DNA from: Eledone cirrhosa
Lineage: Eukaryota
DNA length: 64,000 bases
NCBI GenBank assembly: GCA_964016885.1
Contig: OZ024755.1
Coordinates: forward strand, 26,970,001-27,034,000
Direction: 5' to 3'
Shown here: one piece after another, positions 1-14,223 of the stretch
How the letters are laid out: each line of letters starts with the position of its first letter
Position numbering within the stretch: position 1 is the stretch's first letter
Position numbers and translations under genes: made by a program
Notes under the pieces: model-generated
What the model was told of the DNA's origin: nothing
The model's input: the letters and a program-made list of their open reading frames with translations, nothing else
Databases searched by the model: none

Positions 1-250
1 TATATATATAAAAATGAAAATGTCTGTCTGTCTGTCTGCAGTCGATGCATTCCCACAGTTTCCATCCAATTTTGTTCAAATTTGATACATAGGTTATTTA
101 GCTCCAGGAGCACGTCAACATATAGTTTAAATCGTGCTCTTCTCTAAAATAGTTCTGGGGTTATTTAAAGACGGTCCTGTTGATGAGAGAGGAGGGTCTT
201 CATTTACAGTGGCGAAAGGTGTGCCTGGCAACGATGGGCTCTTTTGCTAG
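1..250 (+). mobile_element. Non-autonomous Helitron-like element (5' end cut off by window)
   Basis: TATATAAAA start, (GTCT)n, then CCAATTTTGTTCAAATTTG motif. Ends with a GC-rich subterminal hairpin-like GCCTGGCAACGATGGGC and CTAG|T. Same architecture as 2334-2966. Confidence 0.6.
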
Positions 251-286
251 TATATGTATATATATAACACTTAAAGTTATATATAT

Positions 287-780
287 ATTGTTATACTTGG
301 GGAGGATCATATTGTTGTAATATTGCCAGAAATAATAACAGCACACACTCACTGTTTGGTTGGTTTTCGTTTCTGTATCTTTTATATCTCCATAGTTAAT
401 TTATTTGGCAATCAATGTTTCGCATTGATTAACCATCGGTTAAAAAAGAAAATTAAATAAAAATGGTGTAGACATTACAATACAATAGGAGGGAATATAA
501 TAGTACCACTGATGATGTTGCAGATGTGCAACGAAATAACTTTGTTAGACTATATATATATATTCATATCTGCATTTTTAACCGCTGGTCAATCAATGAT
601 AAACATTGATTGCCAAATAAATTAACTATGGAGATATAAAAGATACAGAAGCGAAAACCAACCAAACAGTGAGTGTGTTCTGTTATTATTTCTGGCAATA
701 TTATAACAACAATATGACCCTCCCCAAGTATAACAATATTTGTTTCGACACAGGATTTCATATCAAAAACCTTGCAAAAC
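287..780. mobile_element. Inverted pair of Penelope-like/retrozyme-type repeats in (TA)n
   Basis: 287-445 is the reverse complement of about 575-740. The pair is flanked and separated by (TA)n. Hammerhead-like core at 509-536. Confidence 0.6.
501..552 (+). ncRNA. Hammerhead ribozyme-like motif (degenerate stem I and cleavage site)
   Basis: CTGATGA (509-515), stem II GTTGCA/TGCAAC, GAAA (533-536), TAAC-TTT-GTTA. Stem I pairing is weak. Confidence 0.45.
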
Positions 781-1439
781 AAATATATATATATATATAT
801 ACATACATATATATATATTAACTAGTCTGTGTACAATTATAATATTATGCTGCAGCATTAAAAGAATACTTATAGCCTACAGCAGACCCAAAAGTGTTGC
901 TCGGGGCTGACTGCACCCCTCTAGCTACTGACTCTCTTAGTGTTATTTCAATTGGTTTATGGCTAGGGATTGAAACAAATTTCAATATACTAAGAAGATG
1001 AGGTTGTCATGTATTTGACACAACTGAGGTGACTTTACAGAGTCTACTGGATGTGTTCATCAACACTAGAGAGATTGCCATGCACTTGGTACAACTGAAG
1101 AATCATTTTGAAATGTTTTAGGGACAGGGTTTCTTCAGCTTGATGCCTTTCCTATTACCAACCATCATACAAGGTGTACTTTTTGTGATAACGGCAGACT
1201 CAACTGGAGAGCCCTCTCTACCCTATAGGGGGGGGGGGGTGTAAGAAAAGGGGTTGAGGTAAGAAGGATGATAAGTATGGTGTCATGTCTGGCTGCATAG
1301 CAGATGATATACACATAAGAACTTAAAAAAAGGATAAAGATCCCATAACTCCTTGTGGAGTCATAGGGGCACCGCTATATGGTGTGTCTAGGGCGCATTT
1401 AAACCTGGTGGAGCCCAACCCTCTCCAGGTCTGAACACA

Positions 1440-1625
1440 GTCGATTTTTTTCTATAGAGAAAGAATTGACCCCAGTACTGGACTGGTACTTTTTTTATTG
1501 ACCTTGAAAGGATGAAAGGCAAAGTTGACCTCGGCAGGATTTGAACTCGGAACATGCAAGGAGGTTGGACGAATTCTGTAAAGCATTCTGTCTGACGTCT
1601 TAACAACTCTGCCAATTCGTTGCCT
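1440..1625 (-). mobile_element. SINE family B (diverged copy)
   Basis: Reverse complement of the GAGTTCAAATCC..GCCTTTCATCCTT..GGTCAATAAAA..AGTACCAG core. Confidence 0.7.
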
Positions 1626-1694
1626 ATACATAAGAACTTACAGATATGTAAATTCATTGATTTACATATGTGTATATACTGATACATATACATA

Positions 1695-1950
1695 AATATA
1701 TAATAAGCAAGTGGAAATGAAATATCAATTTAGCAGTATATACATATTTTATTCACCCAAGACGTGTGTTTCACAATTGATCAGCTCAAGAACAATCAGT
1801 TATGATTGAGCTTGGCTCTAGAATTGATAGTCCTTCAGACTTGTGAATTTTCAAATATTCAGCTGATTGATTGTGAAATGTGTATCACGTGTGAATAAAA
1901 TATGTATATGCTGCTAAATTGATACTTCGTTCCCACTTGCTTATTATATA
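1695..1950. mobile_element. Fold-back element with degenerate hammerhead on - strand (1753-1846)
   Basis: Arms TAATAAGCAAGTGG..TATTTTATTCAC and GTGAATAAAATA..CCACTTGCTTATTA. Minus strand reads CACAAGT-CTGAAGG...GAAA-CACACG-TC-TTGGGTG. Confidence 0.55.
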
Positions 1951-1954
1951 TATC

Positions 1955-2330
1955 ATCATCACTGTTTTACGTCCGTTCTTCCATGCTAGCATGAGTTAGA
2001 CCGGTTGTCCTGTTGTGGGCAGCGTCCGGTCGGCTGACCTTGTCTTGCTCATACGGGAACTGATTCTGGCTTGATTTTTACAGCTGGATGCCCTTCCTAA
2101 CACCAACCTCATTTACAGTGAGTGCTGGGTGCTTTTTTTGCCATGGCACCTCCACGACCACTTTGCAGTGGAATGATAGGGACCTCTGTCCTATCATCTC
2201 ATTTCTACAGCTGAGTAAACTGGAGCAATGTGAAATAAAGTGTCTTGCTCAACACATCACCCGGTCCGAGAATTGCACTCACAACCTTTCGATTGCAAGT
2301 CCAATGCTCTAACCACTAAGCCATGCGCCG
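1955..2330 (-). mobile_element. SINE family A (tRNA head, CORE-like body, (GAT)n tail)
   Basis: A-box TGGCTTAGTGG on the - strand; body nearly identical to 14681-15022. Confidence 0.85.
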
Positions 2331-2333
2331 TCA

Positions 2334-2966
2334 TCTATATATATAAAAGCAAGTCGGTCTGTGTGTGTGTGTGTCTGTCTATGTACAAATACTAGGCTCC
2401 TTTTAACTTTTGAAGTACTAGGCCGATTACAACCAAATTTGGCTCACATGTTGCTTATATGCCAGAGCAGGTTTTGGACAAAAACAAATTTGAAAAAATA
2501 TTGGGGCCGAAAAATCGATTTTGTTTGTGTACAAATACTAGGCTTCTTTTAACTTTTGAAGTACTAGGCCGATTTGGCACGTGCTATTGAGGCGACCTCT
2601 CATTGGCTAGCCTATTAGCTGACATAAGCTGACATGCACTCAGAAATTGCTAGCTAAGCCATAAACGACCTTGAACAATTCGCCCGATTGAAGGTCGCGA
2701 TTTCTAATTGGACTAGGCAACTAACATTAGTCAACATGACTGAACATATACCGTGCATATTCCTATGAGAAATACTTTTGATAGCACGACATTACTCACG
2801 TCAATTAACTCAAGCTATCCCATGAATTGTTTTTATGTTGCCGTTTATTTCACTCAATCATGTCACTGTACAACCATTTTGTTTTACAAATACATCCTTT
2901 GGCTCTCTTTATACGGACAAACAGGCTGTCATTCATTTCCCAAGCAATGCCGGGTACATCTGCTAG
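2334..2966 (+). mobile_element. Non-autonomous Helitron
   Basis: A|TC 5' end (TCTATATATATAAAAG), (GT)n tract and an internal duplication. 3' hairpin CCCAAGCAATGCCGGG, then CTAG|T. No TSD. Confidence 0.75.
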
Positions 2967-3187
2967 TGTATATATATATATATACATGTATATAGTTGCA
3001 GAAGATGAGTTGCTTATAAGCAGTTGTTATGTTGTAACTTCTTGAGGATAAGCTGGTCCGAGCGATCCAAAAGCAATTCACGTCAGTAATTTATCCCAGC
3101 TAAGAGTTGGTGATTAGTAGTGACGGAGTATTCATTTATCAAATAAGAGTAGTTAAGATGGGATTATTTCACTATAATTGTTTTATT

Positions 3188-3238
3188 GCATGATATCTAT
3201 TTCTGTTACATGGTTATGCATGTGACTTCATCAGATGC
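3188..3238 (-). ncRNA. Type I hammerhead ribozyme motif
   Basis: Minus strand: GCAT-CTGATGA-AGTCACATG..CATGTAACA-GAAA-TAGATA-TC-ATGC, immediately followed by AATAAA. Confidence 0.65.
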
Positions 3239-3831
3239 TTACCCTATCATGGGTGCAGTTATGCAACTATTGGGATATGCTGCTGGCCATGTATAACCAT
3301 CCTGTTGTGATGGCAGCAGACATATAAATCTTTATACTTATTAAGTTCTAGCTGTAGATCTATCAGTTTTCTGATTGGTTAATTTTGTAGGCTCTGGATA
3401 AAGTTCCAATACTTAATTGTTGACAGATTTACCACTAAATCTCAGCATGTGGTCCATTACTTCCTTCGTGTAATCGTTGTTTTGCTTTTGTCTAGTGTTG
3501 TCTAGTGCAATCGTTACTTCTTTTGCTTTTGTCTAGTGTTGTCTAGTGCAATCGTTAGTTCTTTTGCTTTTGTCTAGTGACAAATGCAGTATTTGCAGCT
3601 CGCTTTTATGATTGCAGTCCTGTCGCCATTGTGGTCAACAACAACTACCATGACAACAACAATAACAACACCATTTACAATAATGAAGACAATGATGGTG
3701 ATGCTAGAAATAACACTACATTAAAATCAAACATTAAACATATGCATACATAGACACACACACACATATATATATATATAAAGACAGAGACCTCAGAAAG
3801 GCACATTACTGGGACTTAAAGGATCACAGTT

Positions 3832-4018
3832 TTAACCCTTTAGCATTTAAACTGACCATATCCAGCCAGAATTCTCACCTCTTTCTGTTCAAACTGGCCA
3901 CTCATACTGATGTTAAAGTATTGTTCTCAAAATAAATAATATCAAAATCTCATAGAATCGATATTATGTGAGGTAAAGCCTTTACTGGGTAAGAGTAATG
4001 TAAATGCTAAAGGGTTAA
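3832..4018. mobile_element. piggyBac-type MITE
   Basis: TTAA|CCCTTTAGCATTT ... AAATGCTAAAGGG|TTAA terminal inverted repeats with TTAA target duplication. Confidence 0.85.
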
Positions 4019-4100
4019 ACATTTGTACAATTAACTTAAATATACAATAATAAATAAGTAACTAGACATCATTGCTATGTCACAGCTTTTTGGGGAATAC

Positions 4101-4291
4101 TTAACCCTTTAGCATTCACATATACTATTGTATTTTCATGGTAAATACTTTACCTCACATAATATCGAATCTATGAGATTTTGAAAGTATTTACCTTAAC
4201 ATTAGTTTGAGCGACTAGTTACAGCCAGTTTCAACAGAAAGAGGTAGAGAATTCAGGCCGGTTTTGGCCAGTTTGAACATGAAAGGGTTAA
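4101..4291. mobile_element. piggyBac-type MITE (opposite orientation)
   Basis: TTAACCCTTTAGCATT ... AAAGGGTTAA; the interior is the reverse complement of 3832-4018. Confidence 0.8.
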
Positions 4292-4564
4292 AGCTGTACA
4301 CAGTCACATGGTTTTATGACTTGTCACATGATTTGGTCTGGGTGCATATGGGCTGTGTAGTAGAAAATGCAAGCTTAGTAATTTTCAAGTGTGGTCAGAG
4401 CAAGAATAGTGAAAAACTTGGTTTGTCAGCTTGCCAATCTGTAAGTTGGAATTTTTATATTTGGGAGAATCAAGCAACATTGTAGGGCTAGCCTAGGATG
4501 TTAAATTCTCTTGATGCTGGTTCTAAATGTGTGTCTTTCTCTCTTTCTCTCTCTATATATATAT

Positions 4565-4830
4565 CATCATTACAATTTAATATCCATTTTCCATGCTAGC
4601 ATGGGTTAGACAGAACTGATTCTGGCTTGGTTTCTACAGCTGGATGGCCTTCGTAACACTAACCACATTTACAGCATGAACTGGGTGCTTTTTATCATGA
4701 CACCAATACGACCACTTTACAGTGTGGACTGGTTACTTTTTGTTGTGTCACCAGCAATACCACTTTACAGTGTGGATTGAGCTTTTTGTCATGATACCAA
4801 CATGACCACTTTACAGTGTGGACTGGGCGC
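4565..4830 (-). mobile_element. SINE A-related 3' fragment with internal tandem subrepeats
   Basis: CTACAGCTGGATG motif, repeated ACCACTTTACAGTGTGGA, (CAT)n end. Confidence 0.6.
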
Positions 4831-4899
4831 TGTGGATGGGGGATGTGCGTGTATGTAGGGTGGGGTTTATGTGTATGTGTGTGTTAGGTTAATACTTAC

Positions 4900-5035
4900 T
4901 CCATACTCAGCAGTAATAGCTAGAGTAAATTGCTCCTTCTTCTATGATCAGTGATATCCATCACAGAGGATTGTGGAACGAGGAGATATGACGTTCATGC
5001 TTTTCTTAAGAGCCATTAAGTAAAACAACAAAAAC
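4900..5035 (-). other. Candidate exon (probably 5' UTR, ending in ATG-GA) of an unidentified minus-strand gene
   Basis: Minus strand has acceptor TTCAG| and donor ATGGA|GTAAGT around unique sequence. All three frames contain stops. Confidence 0.3.
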
Positions 5036-5080
5036 CTGAATATTGAACACAGATAATTTGACTAGGGCTTAGCACCTATG

Positions 5081-5255
5081 CAGACCTGTCAAATCTCTCC
5101 GTCCGATTGGAAGATCTCCCACCCACTTTGGGTGGATGAGAGATGTCTTCTCGTGTGAAAATGGGTATAGCTTTCGTTTTGCTTCATTTCTCCATGTTTG
5201 TAAGCACTTTTTTCATGGTACTCCCTGTTTTGGTATTTAGAGGTTGGCAGGTCTG
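5081..5255. mobile_element. hAT-like MITE
   Basis: TIRs CAGACCTGTCAA / TTGGCAGGTCTG, flanked by CCTATG / CCTGTG (near-identical 6-bp TSD). Confidence 0.55.
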
Positions 5256-5324
5256 CCTGTGTTTTGCCCTAACTCATATATTAATGCAATTCATTATTTG
5301 TTGAGTTGAGAGGGTTTGTTGAAA

Positions 5325-7131
5325 TTAATACAATTGTATTCTGGTAGAGCTATTGTAGTTATTAAACTATTAATACAATTGTATTCTGGTAGAGCTATTG
5401 TAGTTATTAAACTATTAATACAATTGTATTCTGGTAGAGATATTGTAGTTATTAAACTATTAATACAATTGTATTCTGGTAGAGATATTGTAGTTATTAA
5501 ACTATTAATACAATTGTATTCTGGTAGAGCTATTGTAGTTATTAAACTATTAATACAATTGTATTCTGGTAGAGCTATTGTAGTTATTAAACTATTAATA
5601 CAATTGTATTCTGGTAGAGCTATTGTAGTTATTAAACTATTAATACAATTGTATTCTGGTAGAGCTATTGTAGTTATTAAACTATTAATACAATTGTATT
5701 CTGGTAGAGCTATTGTAGTTATTAAACTATTAATACAATTGTATTCTGGTAGAGCTATTGTAGTTATTAAACTATTAATACAATTGTATTCTGGTAGAGC
5801 TATTGTAGTTATTAAACTATTAATACAATTGTATTCTGGTAGAGCTATTGTAGTTATTAAACTATTAATACAATTGTATTCTGGTAGAGCTATTGTAGTT
5901 ATTAAACTATTAATACAATTGTATTCTGGTAGAGATATTGTAGTTATTAAACTATTAATACAATTGTATTCTGGTAGAGATATTGTAGTTATTAAACTAT
6001 TAATACAATTGTATTCTGGTAGAGCTATTGTAGTTATTAAACTATTAATACAATTGTATTCTGGTAGAGATATTGTAGTTATTAAACTATTAATACAATT
6101 GTATTCTGGTAGAGCTATTGTAGTTATTAAACTATTAATACAATTGTATTCTGGTAGAGCTATTGTAGTTATTAAACTATTAATACAATTGTATTCTGGT
6201 AGAGCTATTGTAGTTATTAAACTATTAATACAATTGTATTCTGGTAGAGCTATTGTAGTTATTAAACTATTAATACAATTGTATTCTGGTAGAGATATTG
6301 TAGTTATTAAACTATTAATACAATTGTATTCTGGTAGAGATATTGTAGTTATTAAACTATTAATACAATTGTATTCTGGTAGAGCTATTGTAGTTATTAA
6401 ACTATTAATACAATTGTATTCTGGTAGAGCTATTGTAGTTATTAAACTATTAATACAATTGTATTCTGGTAGAGATATTGTAGTTATTAAACTATTAATA
6501 CAATTGTATTCTGGTAGAGATATTGTAGTTATTAAACTATTAATACAATTGTATTCTGGTAGAGCTATTGTAGTTATTAAACTATTAATACAATTGTATT
6601 CTGGTAGAGCTATTGTAGTTATTAAACTATTAATACAATTGTATTCTGGTAGAGCTATTGTAGTTATTAAACTATTAATACAATTGTATTCTGGTAGAGC
6701 TATTGTAGTTATTAAACTATTAATACAATTGTATTCTGGTAGAGCTATTGTAGTTATTAAACTATTAATACAATTGTATTCTGGTAGAGCTATTGTAGTT
6801 ATTAAACTATTAATACAATTGTATTCTGGTAGAGCTATTGTAGTTATTAAACTATTAATACAATTGTATTCTGGTAGAGATATTGTAGTTATTAAACTAT
6901 TAATACAATTGTATTCTGGTAGAGCTATTGTAGTTATTAAACTATTAATACAATTGTATTCTGGTAGAGATATTGTAGTTATTAAACTATTAATACAATT
7001 GTATTCTGGTAGAGATATTGTAGTTATTAAACTATTAATACAATTGTATTCTGGTAGAGCTATTGTAGTTATTAAACTATTAATACAATTGTATTCTGGT
7101 AGAGATATTGTAGTTATTAAACTATTAATAC
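5325..7131. repeat. 45-bp minisatellite, about 40 copies
   Basis: Unit AATACAATTGTATTCTGGTAGAG(C/A)TATTGTAGTTATTAAACTATT; only one variable position seen. Confidence 0.98.
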
Positions 7132-7599
7132 ACACTGCTCCGTTTACATTTTACTCTGTCAACATTTAGTAATAGTTCATTGTAACATTGACACAAAGAT
7201 AGCAATTTGATGGAGAAGAAAATCAATTATATCGACTCCAGTACCTAACTGGTACTTTATTTTATCAACCCCAAGAAGGATGAACGCTAAAGTTAACCTC
7301 GGTGGTAGGAACACAGATCGTAAAACGTCGTAACTTCCAATCTACCCACCATCATTATTTAGTAATGCCTTTTGATCCTTACGGGGTCGATAAAATAAAG
7401 TACCAGTAATGTACTGGATAATTGCTGGCCTTGTGCCTAAAGTAGAAACAATTATTTAGTAATAACAATATATATTGTTAGACATCGATGTCTTACTTTT
7501 ATTACCTGGTCATTGACACTCGATTTCCCTTTAACTCTTATTTCATGTCATTAAAATGACTATAGTGAGTTTATTTCATCAATCTGCTTTCAAAAAGGG

Positions 7600-8180
7600 A
7601 TTATACGTTTCTACGCCGTATTAAAAAATAATAACAGGTCTTTAAATAAAACAAAACTAACAATTTATTTCCAGTAAATAAACTTAAGAGTAGTGAGTAT
7701 ATTGCATCCAGAGTTACCTACCTTGATACTGGCAAATCTCGAACCTGCTTATTTGCCATCAGTACTTTTAATTAATCATTTGAATCCAAACCTGTTCGAA
7801 TGGATGTACGCTAGATTCCTCCACACGCACTCAATTGGATACTAACTGGATTATGTATATATCATAAATTATAAAGTAAATATAGTTGACGGTTTAACCG
7901 TCTTATTTATTCGATGTCATTGCTGCTTTTATCGAAACCTTTTGTGTGCCATTGTTGTTGTGTTTGTAGTGGGCGCGGTTGTGTGGTGGTGCGTTTATGA
8001 TCACCGCAAGACGGCGCTGCTAGGAACACCGTAAGTCAAAATATATTCTTGCACTCATATTGACACAAGACATCTTTGACTAGGTGTTTCTATTATGATC
8101 GTCTCGAGACTGGTGGCAATGGACCCCGTGTCTTCAACCACCTACCTATGGAATTATTACACTCTCTGAAAGGTAAGTCC
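7600..8180. promoter_or_regulatory. Probable divergent promoter / first-exon region
   Basis: Repeat-free, locally CpG-richer sequence. Minus-strand donor CAAG|GTAGGT at 7722/7721; plus-strand donors ACC|GTAAGT (8030/8031) and AAG|GTAAGT (8172/8173). Confidence 0.4.
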
Positions 8181-9262
8181 TACCTCCCACTCTCCTATTT
8201 CTCTCTATTACTGTTTATTTATTTTTTTTATTTTGAAAGAAAGAAAGTGAGAAAAAATAAATGAAATAGAAACGGCAAGAAAGAAAACACAGTTTAACAA
8301 GTATCTCAACAACATAAAAATGTAGACATTATCTAGTATTTAAACTATTTTCTGCAACCACAGACATACATATACATAATGTTTTTCGTATCTCTCAGTT
8401 ATATTGCTGACATCTTTGCTGCAGTTGTTTGTTCTTCACAATCCGATGTTCGATCATATATTACATTTTTATCTTTCCCTTTTTCAAATTGTTTCAAATG
8501 AAAACCCATTTCTGTATATTGGTTTGTCTTCATAGCTACATCTTTTGATGTCAGTGCTTTTATCGGAATCTCTTTCATATTTATGGAGTGAAAAGGGGGT
8601 GGAGTGTTCCATTTTCTGGAGCATCTGTCATTTTACCCTCTTAGCACGCACAAACAAATATATATGTTCTCATACATATTAACAGAAAAACGATGTTACT
8701 TGTTTAATATTACAAAATTTATAACTGGGAATTTAATATTGGCTCACACAGACATATACATTCATCCATCACGTGTATGTGATATATACATATATAATTA
8801 CTCTTACAACTAGAAATCGATTTCCTTCTGTGTTCAGTTTCAGTTTCAGAACAGTGTATATATATATATAATATATATGTGTGTGTATATATATATATGT
8901 GTGTATATATATATATATACTAGGGAGTCTCGTCCACCGGTTAATGCTATGTTTATTATTTGTTTGAGAAACCGGATAACAAGTACGTGTTAGAAGGGGC
9001 AGGACCCCTAGACATTCCTCTTTTTGTAACGTTAGAGAAATTTAGTATTGAATTTATATATATATATGTATGTATATATGTGTGTGTATATATATATGAT
9101 ATACATTTATATATATATATATATATATATATTTAAAATCAATAAGGATGATGACCTTTTTTTAACATACGATAAAATATATATAAATATATACACATGT
9201 ATTTATGCGCATGTACGAATCAACTTAATATGTAGATGCATACGTATATATATTTATATATT

Positions 9263-9312
<50 letters not shown>

Positions 9313-9482
9313 CACACATACTCTTCATACGTGAGGTATGTTGCGTATAGTTGAAGTATAAAAACTAGTTAATGTCAAGCTTGTGTGTGTGTATATATGC
9401 TAATCGATAAGAATACAATCACTCGTTAAGTCATGTGCAAAATGTGTGTGTGAGCTAGTATGTATATATTTTTGTACGTATG

Positions 9483-9537
<55 letters not shown>

Positions 9538-10044
9538 AAAAGAAAAGTCAACAAGGCAAAAAAAAGAAAAAGAACAGGAGAACAATGCAATACAATGATG
9601 ATATATATGTTTAACGCTTGATATAATTGGAAAATAGTCTTTATTGTGAGTGTGTGTGTCAGTGTATGAGTATGAATTATGAACAACCCGTAACTAAAGA
9701 CTTGTTCGTGAAAGAAGAGGTTTAGCTACAAATAACCAATAATGTCTACAGGAACAAGACAGAGAGAGAGAGAGAGAGAGAGAGCGGGGGAGTGAGAGAG
9801 AGAGAGAAAGAATGAGATTACTATTAATCATAGTGAAAGCAGCAGATTTCTTGTTTCCCCATTGCTATTTCATTGTCGGCTCACCCAAATGTTTATTGAT
9901 TGTGGACAACACTGCTATCATTACCCTCTCTTTCTATCATCATACTCTCTCTCTGGCTTGTACGTTTTTGTGTGCTCAAGTTTGTCCGAGAACCAACTGT
10001 GTACTTGAACCTCCAAGATGAGTTGGCCATCGGAATTCTTTCAT

Positions 10045-11540
<1,496 letters not shown>

Positions 11541-11544
11541 CTTC

Positions 11545-12385
11545 AATTTTCATGATACTTTGTTTCGTGTGGGGAGACCACAGTGGATAACAGTATTCAA
11601 GTTTGGGTTGGGCAAACGTGGAAAAGAGAAGGATAATAGTATGTATATCTCTTGACTGGAAAGTTCTGAGAATCCAGGAACATATTTGCAGGTCATGTCA
11701 ACTTTGCTGTTTATATGAGTGGCCCAGCTTATGTTGTTGTCCATAATTACTCCCAAGTCTCTGATGTTGTTGGATGCCACGACAGTTTCACCTGAAGGAA
11801 AGGAGTATGGGAGTTTCAATGCATCCTCTTTTCCAAAGTGATATCCTCAAATTATCCTCACTCAGCAGCATCTTGTTCTTTTCCGCCCATTGGGTAACAA
11901 CCAGTAGATCTGATTGAAGGTATGTCCGGTCACCCACTCCATTGATGACCTTCTGGAGCTTGGAATCATCTGCAAAGATTATGTTGCTGTGCTTGATGAT
12001 GTCAGTAATGCCATTTATATAGATTATGAAAAGAAGTGGGCCCAACACACTGCCTTGTGGAATGACATTACTGACTTTGGCTGGGCTTGATTTTACTCGT
12101 TGGACTAGAACATGTTGGGTTCTGTATGTAAGGAAACACTTGATTCATTGCAGTAACTTTCCAGAGACACCAATGTTGGATAGTTTTTTCAGTAGAATGT
12201 TGTGATCAACTCTGTCAAAGGCCTTGCTGAAATCAAAGTAGATGACATCAGCGTTGGAACCCTCTTCCAAAGCTCTTAAAATGTTATCAAAGTGAGGCAG
12301 GAGCTGCGTTAGGCAATCCTTTCCATTATGGAACCCATGTTGGAGTTCAATTGTCTGTTGCTTTCAAGAAAGTGAGTTATTTGTG
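11545..12385 (-). mobile_element. Second CR1/L2-group LINE fragment (RT domain)
   Basis: QHGFHNGKDCLTQLL..DVIYFDFSKAFDRVDH..PQGSVLGPLLFIIYIN..FADDSKL..IRDLGVIMD. It repeats RT motifs present in the neighbouring fragment, so it is a separate copy. Confidence 0.88.
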
Positions 12386-12514
12386 TTAATATAATACAAG
12401 TAAAGAACACACCAACACCTGCTCCCATATAAAACTAGCTTACCAACGCCTACACACAAATGTACACACATATTGCTGACACATACATGCATTGCTAACC
12501 ATTACATGCGCACA

Positions 12515-13660
12515 TTGTGAACCATCACATACACACATTAACCATCACATACACACATTGTTAACCATCACATGCACACATTAACCATCACATACACACG
12601 TTAACCATCACATACACACATTGTTAACCATCACATATACACATTGTTAACCATCACATACACATATTGTTAACCATCACATATACACATTAACCATCAC
12701 ATACACACATTTTTAACCATCACATACACTCATTGTTAACCATCACATATACACATTGTTAACCATCACATACACATATTGTTAACCATCACATACACAC
12801 ATTAACCATCACATACACACATTGTTAGCCATCACATACACATTGTTAACCATCACATACACACATTTTTAACCATCACATACACACATTTTTAACCATC
12901 ACATACACACATTTTTAACCATCACATAACACATTGTTGACCATCACATACACACATTGTTAACCATCACATACACATTGTTAACCACCACATACACATA
13001 TTGTTAACCATCACATACATTTTGTTAACCATCACATATACACATATTGTTAACCTTCACATACACACATTTTTAACCACCACATACACACATTGTTAAC
13101 CATCACATACACACATTGTTAACCATCACATACACACATTTTTAACCTTCACATACACACATTTTTAACCATCACGTACACCCATTGTTAACCATCACAT
13201 ACACCCATTGTTAACCATCACATATACACATTGTTAACCATCACATACGCATATTGTTAACCATCACATACACACATTGTTAACCATCACATACACACAT
13301 TGTTAACCATCACATACACATATTGTTAACCATCACATATACACATATTGTTAACCATCACATATACACATTAACCATCACATACACACATTAACCATCA
13401 CATATACACATTGTTAACCATCACATACACATATTGTTAACCATCACATACACACATGGTTAACCATCACATATACACATTAACCATCACATACACACAT
13501 TGTTAACCATCACATACACACATTGTTAACCATCACATATACACATTGTTAACCATCACATATACACATTGTTAACCATCACATACGCATATTGTTAACC
13601 ATCACATACACACATTAACAATCACATACACATTAACCATCACATGCACATTGCTAACCA
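12515..13660. repeat. About 21-26-bp minisatellite (TTGTTAACCATCACATACACACA)
   Basis: Directly visible, with variable unit length. Confidence 0.95.
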
Positions 13661-13761
13661 ATACACACACACAGATCATCATACACACACAGCTAATCAA
13701 CAGAAAAACAAACTCACACACACACTCTCTGTGAATATGATTATATTCATGAATTATTGTT

Positions 13762-13987
13762 GAACTTTACCATTTACATTACTCCATATATACTATTGTA
13801 TTTTTGTGGTAAAGGCTTTATCTTACATAATTATCTGATATAATATCGAATTTATGAGATTTTGATGTTATTTATTTTGAGAACAATACCTTAACATCAG
13901 TATGAACAACCGGTTACAGCCAGTTTGAATAGAAAGAGGTGAGAGAATTCTGGCCGTGTATGGCCGGTTTAAATGCTGAAGGGTTAA
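13762..13987. mobile_element. piggyBac-type MITE
   Basis: Family interior; right end GGGTTAA. Confidence 0.75.
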
Positions 13988-14223
13988 AATATAATAAATA
14001 TCTGTTTTATTGTAACAGTCTATTCTGTTAATCTGTTCATATATATAGTTGTCCCCCCCGGTATTCATGGGGGGGGGTGGGGGGGTGGTTATATTCCTAC
14101 AGCACCCCTGTGAAGAGTGAAAAACCCTGAATATTGGATGTGGTCCATAAAAATGCCTATGAACATCAAAATCATGTAAATAGGCTGGCAAATACGGTAT
14201 ATTGTTATTAATAATTTAGCCAT

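Noticed and set aside
5325-7131. CRISPR-like array
   Set aside because: No unique spacers, no cas genes, eukaryotic context.
5294-7169. 613-aa and 617-aa ORFs on opposite strands
   Set aside because: By-product of a stop-free 45-bp tandem unit; no convincing start context or unique domains.
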